A program made the translations under genes and the position numbers. This document shows, one piece after another, positions 49,767 to 64,000 of a stretch of DNA of 64,000 bases. This stretch comes from Blasia pusilla (lineage: Eukaryota). Where the stretch lies: the NCBI GenBank assembly GCA_050084515.1, contig CM114271.1:2108001-2172000 (forward strand). The letters run 5' to 3'. Numbering within the stretch: position 1 is the stretch's first letter; the number at the start of each line of letters is the position of its first letter. A model generated the notes under the pieces. It had not been told where the DNA came from and ran no database searches. It saw only the letters and a program-made list of their open reading frames with translations.

Positions 49767-52700
49767 TCATAGAAAGGCAACACCCTGGAAGACTTTCTGT
49801 GCTGGCCCAGTCATGTACACACGATTATCAGACTCTCTCCATTCAATCTGAAGAGGGCCGCCCGGAAGTTCTACAAGACACGCCTGTCAACAAAAAATTC
49901 GCAGTTAGCAATGGTCCATAAAGCCCCATCCGAACTGGCAGCAAGATTGTGTGCAGAGTTCAGAGAATGGCTTTGGCACACAATCAGAAAAGAAAAAGTT
50001 CAAACATGTGTGCTTGTATTTTAAGCCACTGAAAGAGACTAGTTTTGGGAAATGGATTAATGAACCGGTTTCTTCTCTGAGCAGACCCACAACTGCCACG
50101 AGAAACTCATTCACTGAATATTGGATCATCCGTGCAACACCATAAAGAAACTGTCTTGCACATGTAAAAGCACAAAGAAATATGCTTTAGAACAGAAATC
50201 TTTCTCCCCACAATTAAGACTTCTTTGTCCTTACCCTTTCAGCCCGTCCTTCCAAAACAGCAGCTACAACCAGGGCGCAAGCCCCTGTCCCACAAGCAAG
50301 AGTTGGCCCTGCCATGAAGGAGTACCGATTAGAACAGGGACCCAATCTTCTCCTCTGTTGAGCCCATATTAATTTGTTTCTCCTTGCTTGCTAGCCAAAA
50401 ATGGGGTATTTGCAACATCATAACTGAGTACACCCAAGACAAACAAGGGTCCCACAACCCCGAGTTCACATCCAATGTGAATTCATTTTTAGATCAGATT
50501 TTCCAGCTAAATTGTGAGGCTATTTTCAGTCTTTCCTTTCCTTTCTTTTTGACATTGTATTCTCTTCATACACGCAAGCTGAAGGAGGCATGCCTATGAA
50601 AAATTCAAAATTAAAATGCTCTGATATTTGCAATCTCAGCCTCCAGAAACATTGTATCAGGCAGCCAGCAGATGTTACCTGTCACAAATCCCTACAGAGG
50701 TGTGAAATGCAGCATATTCAGAGTTCAGACAACATCTCGCGCTGATGTCAGGGCCAGAGGAATCATTTTGCATGCAATTATGCTTCCAAGAAACATAACA
50801 CCGATGCCTCACCTGCACCTCTCTCCCAGACCCGCATTCGTAAATGAGCTGGTGACAGCACTTGCACAAATTCTGAAAGTTGAATGCACACAAATGTTAA
50901 TCAAAGTTGCCTGACACAGCGATTAAGGCTTCTCTCTAATGAAGGATTGATGGAAGTTATGCAGTAATGTTGATGAGAACAAAATGGCAAAAAGAGTTGA
51001 TAATGCATGACATCAATTATGAAACAATGCCTACACCAAACTGTGGCAAGCACATGCAAGCCTCACCCATCACCAACTACCTATCTTACAAAACAACCAC
51101 TCCATGCCTGAAAACAATCTGCAGTTGGAAGAAGTCAAAGTATGAGGCACTATGGGGAACAAGGAATTTCAGTAGAGAGTATTCACCTGTGTTGGTCCTT
51201 GCAGGGAAGACTTCATGATTCTCAAAGAGTGGACCAATCTGAGCCAAAGGTAGAGAATTCACATCCTGCAAGTACATGGTTCATCCCAGTGAGAAAGATT
51301 TGCCTGAACCATACATGAAACTACAATTTTTTGCTTAGTTATGACATACTTGCATATAGTGATAACGTGCTTCTGAACTACGCTGTAGAAGAGAAAAAGA
51401 AGAGGTTATTGCTCGAGTCTGACAAGTGCGAATGTTTATGGATGAAATACTCTTTCTCACGCAGCTAGATAGAGAACACTTACCTCACTGCCATTCAAGA
51501 GTGTGACACAGTGGGGATTCCCCATGCTGACACAAGTGACAGCCCATGTTCTTCCATCAACCACCAATGGTACCTTTACAACTGCACCATTCTCGGTGCT
51601 AGGAAGTTTTGTTGGAATCTTTGCAGCCTCTAGAATGGGTGGCCCCATATCTACGCAGACCTGCAAATTCGTAATGGAAACCAAGAAGACAACAGACTCC
51701 ATATGATTTTTGCTGCTGTGATGTAAGGTCTGCTATTACCTTCCCACAATGCAAGCTCTGCTATGCTACAGAATGAGAGGCACGTACACCAGGGCCTAGG
51801 CATTGAGAAGGTGCTCCTGGAGCAAATCTAAGTCCATCATCTATCAACAATATGATCTATGCTGTAGGTAGGCTGCACTTAGGGTTTAGGGAAGGATTAG
51901 ACAAAGGCATCAAAGGATAAACTCAGAGACAATGCCATCCAACCCAACTCATCAAGCAGTGGGTGTCATGACTCAAAACAGCGTGCTAGCCAAAGATAAC
52001 ACAATTAAATATCATTGGTTTAGCTGCAAGGAGATTTCTGAATGAAGAAGGTACACACCTGACCATCTTCCAACATTGTAGGAACAATCAATCCACCGAG
52101 GGTATCAATGCGGTAGCTGCAAGACCAAGATCAGGACAATAATGAGCACTGCCCTATCTGAGACACCACAAAATCAAGCATTTACTACCTGTTCTGCTTT
52201 TAGCTGTAATCCAGACGGTCAAGATAATCATGAGAAACCCTGCATACATAACATGATTTGTGAAAATCTGACCTTTAGTTTCCCACCATGACCACATATA
52301 ACTGTGTGTAAGAATGTCAGTGTGAAACTAGACATTGACTAATGACTAGTATCAATCTGATAAGCCACAGCTTCACCATAGAACTGGTCCTGTAAATATT
52401 AGGACCATGAAAGCATCCATACAGGTCAGCGGAAGGTGATCCCTGAAAGGCGGCATCTCCTGAAGCCGTGACTGTTTGGTGAGACTTGTATGGAGGCTCC
52501 ACTCCTGGCTTGTTATTGAGCTCACATAGATTGAATCCTGTGACCCAGATTTATCTGAAGTTGCCAACTAGGAGGTGGGCTTGCTTGGATGGTAATTTAT
52601 AGTCTGCCAGCAGACCCATTTTGGACAGGGTGGTGTCTACAAATTTAAGAAGTCTTGTAGACAAGATTAACGTAATGCAGGAATCTTTCCAGTGAGTGTG

Positions 52701-54715
52701 TATCACAAGAGTTCTTGTAGACCTGCACGATAATGATTTGATTGCACATCAAACTGCTCACGAATATTTCCAACACTGTGAATACAAGGAAACATTAGTG
52801 TCTAGATTGTCTGGAGAATCTGTACGTCCTGCAACCCATAAACTATCCAAGCCTACATGGTGTACTGTGAGAATATACACGTTGCCAACATAACAGGTTC
52901 ACTTGTTTGATAGCCACCTTCATTCAGACTGAGAGACAGGATTTTGACTCTAAAAGTGCTTAGCTTAGCTTACCTCCTTGATTCAGTTGTGTTTTCAAGC
53001 TCTGCTGCAAATTTGGCAAGACATCTGATGCCGTTTCCACACATCTGGATAGAGTGTAACCATTTAGATACACCTACAGCAAGGCATACAAGTGCAGTCT
53101 ACAAGGAAAGAGGAAGGGCATATAACTCAGGGTTTAGGATACAGACTCTTTACAGCGGCAAGAATAGAAACTTATACCTCAGGTTCACTGCCATCAGAGT
53201 TGAATATGCGCATAGAGTAATCACTCCCATTTACACCAGGGAGTAGGAAAATAACTCCATCTCCTCCCACTCCAAAATTTCTGTCACAAACCTTGGCAGC
53301 TTGCTCAGGAGTTATCAAAGGAGTGGATGAATCCCTATTGTCTACCTGCAACAACCAAGACAGAATTTCTTTGAGATAGCAGCTGTATGCTACAAGAGAA
53401 CCACCAACGTAAGTGTAAATTGTACACTATCAGTTCACAAACTACGAGAAGAAACAAAAGCTGTTTGACGCATTATTGCAAATCTGAGGCCATCAAAGAA
53501 TGGCTAACTTGTTGGAGCTGCTCAAGGAATGTGTGTTGGTCGAATACATTGGGTTTCTCACCAGTATGAAGTCGTTTCCCAAACCCTGGTACTTGACGAA
53601 TTGCAAAATTTTCTGCATGCACACCACCCAGCCTAGAGATTAAATCAGGACTTCGGTGAAATAGCTCCTAAACTGTAAGAGGTTATGGTAATTCTCCGCC
53701 GGACAATCTTGATGTAATGTAAAGAAGGATACGTGAAGCTGTAACTAAAAGGTGGGGCAATCACTACTTCGTCCTGATCCCTGCTTACCAACGAGAGCTT
53801 GCAGAGGGTACAACAAGCAAAAAATACTCTGTGTGAGTGCAGGAAGCCAGGGTTTTCCACTACCAATGATCAAAACTACTCCTAGGCGTTGTAACCTGTG
53901 TTGCTTCCTTCGGATTTAGATCTTACGAAAGTTCTCAGGAACAGGGCTCAGTCAATCAGAGCAAACAACTGTAGATTTAGATGCCCTATTTTCACGTTCG
54001 AATTTGTAGGGAGTGTGATGCAGCTGGCGTCTTCTCGATACATCCTTCCTTACGTATTGTGTGAAAGATGTGCTCTAGCACTGTATACAGTTCAGAGAGT
54101 CGCGTCAACAGAAGAGATTGTTTTAACCCAATCTCATAAACAGTGTGATGAATTTTTCTGTTGGGGTATTCTTGCATTAAAAGTTGGTGTGACCAACGTC
54201 TTCTCCAGGATTGGAAATTAAAGAATGAGAGCATACCTCGGATTTCTTCTTGAGAACTTTCTCTTGAGTCGTAGGGGTAGCGATGGCTGAAGCAGAGGCT
54301 GCGAAACCCATCATTCCACCGACCAATGGCAAATTTGTGTAAGGATAAAGCACAGAAGTGGCGAATTGAGTGGCACTGGATCTGGCCAGTGGATCATGAG
54401 ATTCGTGATTGTCTGATGCTCCGGCATTGCATTTACAACGATAAATAAGAAGATGACCGGAGACGCACCTAACGTCGGCCGCACCATGGCGTTCACACTC
54501 GTCAGTGCTCGAGAGCCACCGCAACGCGCGAAGAGCTGGCTCAAACCACCAATCCGCCGCGCGTTCACTACTGGCATCGCCGCGCTGCATCCCAGCACTC
54601 GACGCGTCTGCAAGCTCTCCATCTCGCGAGGCTGTGGAATCGCGCCATGCTGCGCCGGACCTAAACAAGCCGCTCCAACTCCTCCTCCTCCTCCTACTGC
54701 AACGAACATCGCCAT
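49767..54715 (-). CDS. DAPF: Diaminopimelate epimerase, chloroplastic
   Basis: Eleven exons: 54469-54715, 54237-54298, 53562-53612, 53178-53345, 52974-53044, 52059-52116, 51484-51660, 51187-51265, 50813-50872, 50235-50308, 49767-49883. Motifs [45 protein letters not shown] and YMTGPA. N-terminal transit peptide. Confidence 0.96.
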
Positions 54716-54814
54716 AGCAAAAGCTCCGCACCAAAATTCCTCGAGACCCAAATGCTGAAACCCTCCCTGAGCAGAACCTCTCGTACTCAGGCCAATGGAA
54801 GACAAGAGAAGGCT

Positions 54815-55140
54815 CGTCAAAGCTCCCCCGTTACGGCCAAAACGCGAGAGGCAAAGTACGAGGGGAGGTCGCGGGATTACGGGAGGGAGGACGGGTCAAA
54901 GCTCCCCTTACGGCTAAAGTGAGCGATGCGGGAGGCGAAGTACAAGGGCAGGTCTAGGGAGGACGAGTCAAAGCTCCCCTTACGGCCAAAACGAGGGACG
55001 CGGGAGGCAAAGTACAAGGGAAGGTCGCGGGAGTCCAGGAGGGAGGGCGAGTCAAAGCTACCCTTAAGGCCAAAGTGAGGGAGACGGGAAGCCCTTGAGA
55101 GGAGGGAGAGGAGGGAGGGAAGGTCAAAGCTTCCCTTGGG
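54815..55140. repeat. GC-rich ~70-85-bp minisatellite (5 units) immediately upstream of DAPF
   Basis: GTCAAAGCT(C/A/T)CCC core at about 54816, 54895, 54967, 55050 and 55123. Confidence 0.85.
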
Positions 55141-56199
55141 GCCCCCTCCATGTGCAGCGTCAAGCACCGACGCTGGCCGTTATAGCAAGTCAATTTGATC
55201 CTCCAGGTTATGATGACTTGATAGAGCCAGATCCCATGCACACCAAGAACTGGCGACCATAGAGGACTCAACAGCTTTTATATGTCCAATAGTTTTGGGC
55301 GTAAAATGGCCTAGTGTTTTGCGACCTCGACTTGGTAATGATGGGAAGTAGTTATTAGCAGCCGAGGCATTTTGTTACATTATCCACTGGAAAACTATTT
55401 TGGACGCATAAATGAGGATCGTCGTGACCTCAGAGCATGTCCATGGGATCAGGCTCTTAGAGTTGCCAATTTTTAGTCAAGGTGGTCGATCTCTCACGAG
55501 GTTGCAAAATATTAGGCCCAAGAGAGGGTTTGCATCCTCGCGCCCTCCTAAACCTGGTACGTCCTATTGAATTTTGAAAGAAGTGGCTATGATGGTGGAG
55601 GTCAACACTTCCTTTCGTAGTTGGCAAAAGAGAGAGTATCTTGGGGAAATTTGCATGCTTAATGGATGGTTTAATACTAACCCCATCCAAACAATATTTG
55701 GATAATTTGCAACAAAAAATTATAGTGTTAATAATAGGATATATCGACCGGTGAAATGTATGTAAATTACACCAAATATTATGCGTAAATGCTCCAAAAA
55801 CAATCTTGGAACACACCGAGTGCAAGAAGCTGCACAAGTTTATGTAGTCTTTGGTTCCTTTAGCGAAAGGCCTTTATCGGCTTATTCTTGTAAGGAATAA
55901 AGATGGGAGTTCATTCTTTTTTTCTCCTAAAACATCACATGACTGCTCAACATACAATTACTTCCTTGCCCAAGATAGCAAGCACTTGATTGGAAGACTT
56001 TGAACCCATGAGTATAAGACAAAGTTGAACCAGACAAAGTATGTGCCTAGTATCAAAGATCCTCTAATCTTTGAGGATTATTGTGTTGAGCAATATTTTG
56101 CAAGCCCTAAAGAGTTCATGATAGATTCAATCTCCCGAGAAGCAAATTGAGGGAGAGAATTAGACTGAATTGTGTATGGTAAAAACAAAACATAGAGTC

Positions 56200-57210
56200 T
56201 AGTTGACACTAGTCAGAGCTCAAGTCAGATGTCACAAACATCCACCTCTGAACATCAACTTGGTAGATCAAGTAGAGTCTCACATCCTACTCATAGATTT
56301 ATAAATGAAGGATTCCTTGCAACACATCATGCATGTATGATTACTATCCTTCAAGAATACGAGCCGAGTTGTTTTGAAGAAGCTGCAAGCAAGGTCGAAA
56401 GGAGTTGGCTGCCTTAAGAAATTAACAAACTTGGGAATTGGATGATATACCTTTTGGTAAGGAAGCTATTGGTTGCAGATGGGTTTACAAAGTCAAGCGC
56501 AATCAAAATGGTATAGTGAACAGATACAAATCCAGATTTTTAGCCAAGGGCTATGCACAACAATATGACATCGATTATGAGGAGACATTTAGCCATATTG
56601 TAAAGATGGTGACTACGAGAAGAGTGGTTGCACTTGCAGTAAATAAGAAGTGAAGATTACATCACATGGATGTCAAGAATGCCTTATAAAATGGAGATCT
56701 ATATGAGGAGGTATACATGACTCAACCACTTGGATATGAGCATCCAAAGCTTCCATTCTGTGTATGTAAGTTAAAGAAAGTTATATATGGGCTCAAGCAA
56801 GCTCCAAGAGCTTGGCATGGCAAGATTGTAGACTTCCTACAAGAGTTGGGCTTTAGGGTATGTGATTCTGACTCCTCGCTATATGGCTTGAGAGGACAAG
56901 ATCATACGATTATCATTGTGTTGTAATTTTACGACCTCTTGATTATTGGGAATATTGAGGATGTGGTACCATAAGTCAAGCTAAAGTTATAGGCAAAATT
57001 TGATATGAAGGACTTGGGAGAACCTAGATACTTCCTTGGTGTTGAGTTTATCAGGGTTGGAGAGAGCATGTGGTTATTACAACGACAATATGCTCTTCAC
57101 ATGTTGTCAAAATATGCTACGAGGACTTGTAAGCCAATGAATACAGTGTTGGACCAGAGTGTGAAGCTAAGAGTGGATGAAGGAGAGTTGCTTGCAGATT
57201 CTAATATGTA
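56200..57210 (+). mobile_element. Copia RT fragment of the same family as 36549-41790
   Basis: [62 protein letters not shown] and LDQSVKLRVDEGELLADSN closely match the full-length copy. Confidence 0.9.
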
Positions 57211-57216
57211 TGGTTT

Positions 57217-58275
57217 GAGGTGTTAACAGACCAGGATATAGAGTTTCACCCGGAGTTTCAGGCCTTGTGTGATCAGGTGTTGATCGACCACCACAACACT
57301 TCGCGAGATCATCTTGAGGCGGATGAACTAGCGGAGAGGGTTGTGCAGACGGTGAGGAGAGGATTAGGCAAGTATGGCTTGCAGAGAGGTCATCTAGGAG
57401 ATTGGGACCTTCAGTTGTCGTGGTTGGTGATGGGATACAAATTCAGCAAGGAGGCATCCTTAGCGTCTTTCTCACCGTACGTGCTGCTTTATGGCCGAGA
57501 GCTAGATTTACCCGCGGCCATTCGTCGAGATGTTGGTGAGGTGTTGAACCTTGATGACTTTGATGTATGGATGCAAGCATGTTCTCAGAGGGCTGATTTG
57601 TTTCGAAGAGTGATGCCCATGAGAACTTGGCGATTGCGCAACATCGGGATACATTGAGGTATGCGACTATTTGGGGAGGTGGTTATCGACCTACTATCTG
57701 GAGGTTTCATCAAGGAGACTATATCTACTTGGAACACACGACACCTCCGACGTTGGATGTGACTGAAGGGCGCACCATCTTGAGAGTGCGTGAGATTTTG
57801 CCATGTAGTGTTCTCTTATTGGAGGGACGCAATGTTATGGTTTGGAAGGACCATGTGTGTAACTATGCGCCATGTCACCTTCCTAACATTGACGGTACAG
57901 TTGATCCTAATTTAGCAGTAGTTCGTGCACACTTGCGATGTATGTTGTGTGGTTCCGCCCGTGGTGCATCCACTATGCTAGTCTATGATGGGTGTTCGAG
58001 AAGGTGGCATGTGGCATGTCTGACGCCATCTCTCACTAGGGTTCTTGAGGGACGATGGATGTGTCCCAGATGTACATAGGGTAGGTAGTTCTAGATTCCG
58101 ACTTGTGTCTGTGACATGGATGACAAGAAGGCGACTAACAATGGGGCCACATGAGCATCCGAACTTTTTTCTCCTAACGTCCGAGAGATGTGTGTCATGG
58201 TAGGTAGGGATAGATGGCTATTTGAAGTTAGTGGGACCTAACCACTAACTAGGGGGGCGATTGGAAATATGTTGG
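57217..58275 (+). mobile_element. Second gypsy integrase-PHD remnant with PPT
   Basis: EVLTDQ..TSRDHLEADELAER..CMLCGSARG..WHVACLTP..WMCPRCT*. Collinear with 12480-13545. PPT AGGGGGG at about 58251. Confidence 0.88.
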
Positions 58276-58936
58276 TGCAATAGACCATTCTTCAACCTCA
58301 TTTGACATCTCAACACAAAGTTATACCAAAATCGCCCGCTAACCGTGTATGCCGTCGACGAGGTAGAACACTACATGTCGGCTAACTAAGATATACAACT
58401 GTTGTGTGCATACATATCGCTACACAATACACGTCGTTGGTCACATCCACATCACACAAGCCATACTAAGCCATACCATTTTGTCCCTCCAATATGAGGA
58501 CTCCGGTCAGTAACACCTCGGACACACGTTGTGCGATCTTTGAGTACATGCATGAGTTTATTTCTTGTATGTGTGTGGATTTATCCATATATTGGGAAGA
58601 TCGGTGTTGTGTTGTGTGAATATGACCAATGATGCGTATTGTATAACGACGTGTTTGCACATGACAACTATCAATATAAGCACACAAAGACCTCCTTACT
58701 AAAATGTATATATAGAGAGGGAAACATTTAATATTGAAAATATTATATATAAACAAACTAATACATATTGTTATTGCAAAATTCCTCTTAGATTTTTAAA
58801 GTCTTCTCTTATTCACATGCTCCATTTTCAACCACTTACATCTTGGTATGTATACTTGGTAATTTAGAGTCAATTTTGAGGTAAATCATATTAATGGTTT
58901 GGAATTTATGAGGGTAGATTTGGGATAAGGCGTTAA

Positions 58937-59247
58937 TCTATATTATTTAAAGAGGATGGGTTTTGAGGAAACCCTTCTCATGTGTTGCCATTTGTCCCTT
59001 TAAGGTTGTTTATGGTGTTGAAACATGTCATTTTAAGAGAGGAAGTTGACATATGTCCTTTTCAAGATATTTATGGCGTCGAAACATGTCATTTTAAGAG
59101 AGGAAGTTAAGTTGAGAGGAGACAATGATTAAATGAGGAAAGGAAAAGAAGGTGGAAACGCTAAATTGTATGAAATATTTTTTTAAAGGCATTCGAGTGT
59201 TAGGGTAATTCAGATTACTCATTATTAGCCCCACGAGGATGCACTAG
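58937..59247 (+). mobile_element. Non-autonomous Helitron upstream of RPT6
   Basis: A|TCTATATTATTTAAAGAGGATGGG start and CTAG|T end. Related to 48159-48350. Confidence 0.55.
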
Positions 59248-59774
59248 TATCTCTCTCCAAGAAAGCATGTTTAAAAAAAAGAACTTTGAAGCAAAGAGAA
59301 TATTAAGAACACTCAATATACGCACATACAAGCCTCTCTAAGAGAATATCAATATAGAGAGGGAAAAAATTAATATTAGAAAACCAAATTTAAACAAACT
59401 ATTATCTCTCACCAAGAACGTATGTAAAAAGAAAATATTCACAACACTTAGTGTAAAAAAACTATATAATGTTCTTTCTATTAGAACTTTATAGTAAGCA
59501 CTTTATAGTAAGAACATTCGATATATGCACACTAAGCTCTCTTTACAAGAACGAATATAAACAGAGGGGACACTTTGATGAAAGCGCTTCTTTCGTCGTT
59601 TCTTTTCGAGAGAAGTGGAGAGAGAGAACTTCTGCTGAAACAGACGACGAAGAGAAAGTGCCACAGAAATCGGTGTCTGATCGGACGATTGTTGGGAGAA
59701 AAGAGGGCGGAAGTGAAGCGGAGCCCGGCGAATCGGTGGATTGTGGAGGGAAGAATTGTTGTGGAGCGGGAGAG

Positions 59775-62869
<3,095 letters not shown>

Positions 62870-64000
62870 TTTGATATTTCTAGGTGTCTCAAATGTAGAA
62901 ACAAAATGTCTGATTGTAATGATAATTGCCATGATGCCTCATGACCCAAAAGAAAGTGAGTGCTGTTAACATTTCTTGCCTTAGTGCTCCCATTGGCTGG
63001 CTTGACCTGTTTCTGTACAGAAATTCATAGGAACTGTGAGGCTTCTGCTTGTATTTCTGTTCTTGTCTATATTCTGGTCTGACCCCGAGGAGTTCAGAGC
63101 CAGACAAAGAATGGTAGCCTGATATTCCTTCTGCAGATGTTGAGTGATACTTCATCAGTATTGTCATGGGATAATGTTTATAAAGAAAGTAGGTGCAGTA
63201 TGTGCATCTATGCTGCTTCTTGGGGGCTTGCCATCAACCCATCTCAAATCATCCACCGGTAGATAGTTTGGTGTGGTCAAATATTGTAGAGATCCTCTCT
63301 TATTGTCCTTGTGATCAGCTTCCATAGAATCAATTCACAAACTGCCATCCAGGTTGTGAATTGGTTGGTCATACGATTGTGTTGTGTGCATACATTCTTG
63401 CATTAGTCCTCTGAGGGAATTCTCTTTTTTTATCCTTAGTTACCTCGGGCATTTATTCACGTTAACAATTTTAATCCCTCCCTCCCTCCCTCCCTCCTGT
63501 TAACAATTGTGATCCTCCCCTCCCTCCACTCTCATAGTGTGCTCATGTTATTTGTCATTTTGTGCATTTTGGCCTTCATCCACTACATACCTGGTCAGAT
63601 GCACCCCTCCATGTCCTAAACGCATCAGCAAGTTTCTCATACCTTTTATTGATTGATGGGTAGTATGTAGAGTGGAAGAGCAGAGGTTAGGTTTGATGGC
63701 TAAGACTACACCAAACTCATCTAATCCTACTTAACATCTCAACAAAACAAGCTGTAGACTTCCGCGGATTGATGAAATGTACGTTCACAACAAATGGGTA
63801 CGACGAGAGGAGAATCCAGAAAAGTGCAGAGTATGGGGTCAAGAGTGTGGAATGCATGCGTTTCATGGCAGGATTCTTCCCAACTATACCTACCACAGGT
63901 AGAAAAAATATCATGAAAAAACTTGCATCAGGAATATTAAATGAAGACGTCATATCTCATTGGAAGTTATCTAGTTGGAATTGCCATGGGATAATGCCAA

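Noticed and set aside
55200-56190. Possible gene or TE relic including ORF 55457-55837
   Set aside because: No recognisable domain or termini.
63717-63953. Short ORF near the window end
   Set aside because: No recognisable motif and no consistent splice context within the window.

Overview
Eukaryotic nuclear DNA, most likely a non-seed land plant (inferred from GT-AG introns, plastid transit peptides and TE families). It holds three intact multi-exon host genes: 20S proteasome beta-2 (24001-26595 +), plastid diaminopimelate epimerase (49767-54715 -) and 26S AAA-ATPase RPT6 (59775-62869 +). A fourth host gene, for a conserved plastid-type unknown protein (15169-17975 +), has an unresolved last exon. 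Between them lie decayed mobile DNA: a full-length Ty1/copia element with LTRs, PBS, PPT and a GATTA TSD; two Ty3/gypsy integrase remnants ending in a PHD finger; two CRE-like RLE non-LTR retrotransposons; many small non-autonomous Helitrons; and an EDM2-like PHD pseudogene. The most notable region is 1-9830, a decayed Mutator-like (MULE) transposon. Its transposase is transcribed divergently from a spliced cargo gene that joins a ParB-like domain (DGNHR) to a prokaryote-type beta-class amino-DNA-methyltransferase fold. Its non-coding parts carry about 25 copies of one ~27-bp palindrome (GCAACCCGTCGGAnTCCGACGGGTTGC). This is a candidate transposon-encoded self-recognition or epigenetic system. 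All domain calls are by-eye motif recognition; no database search was run.
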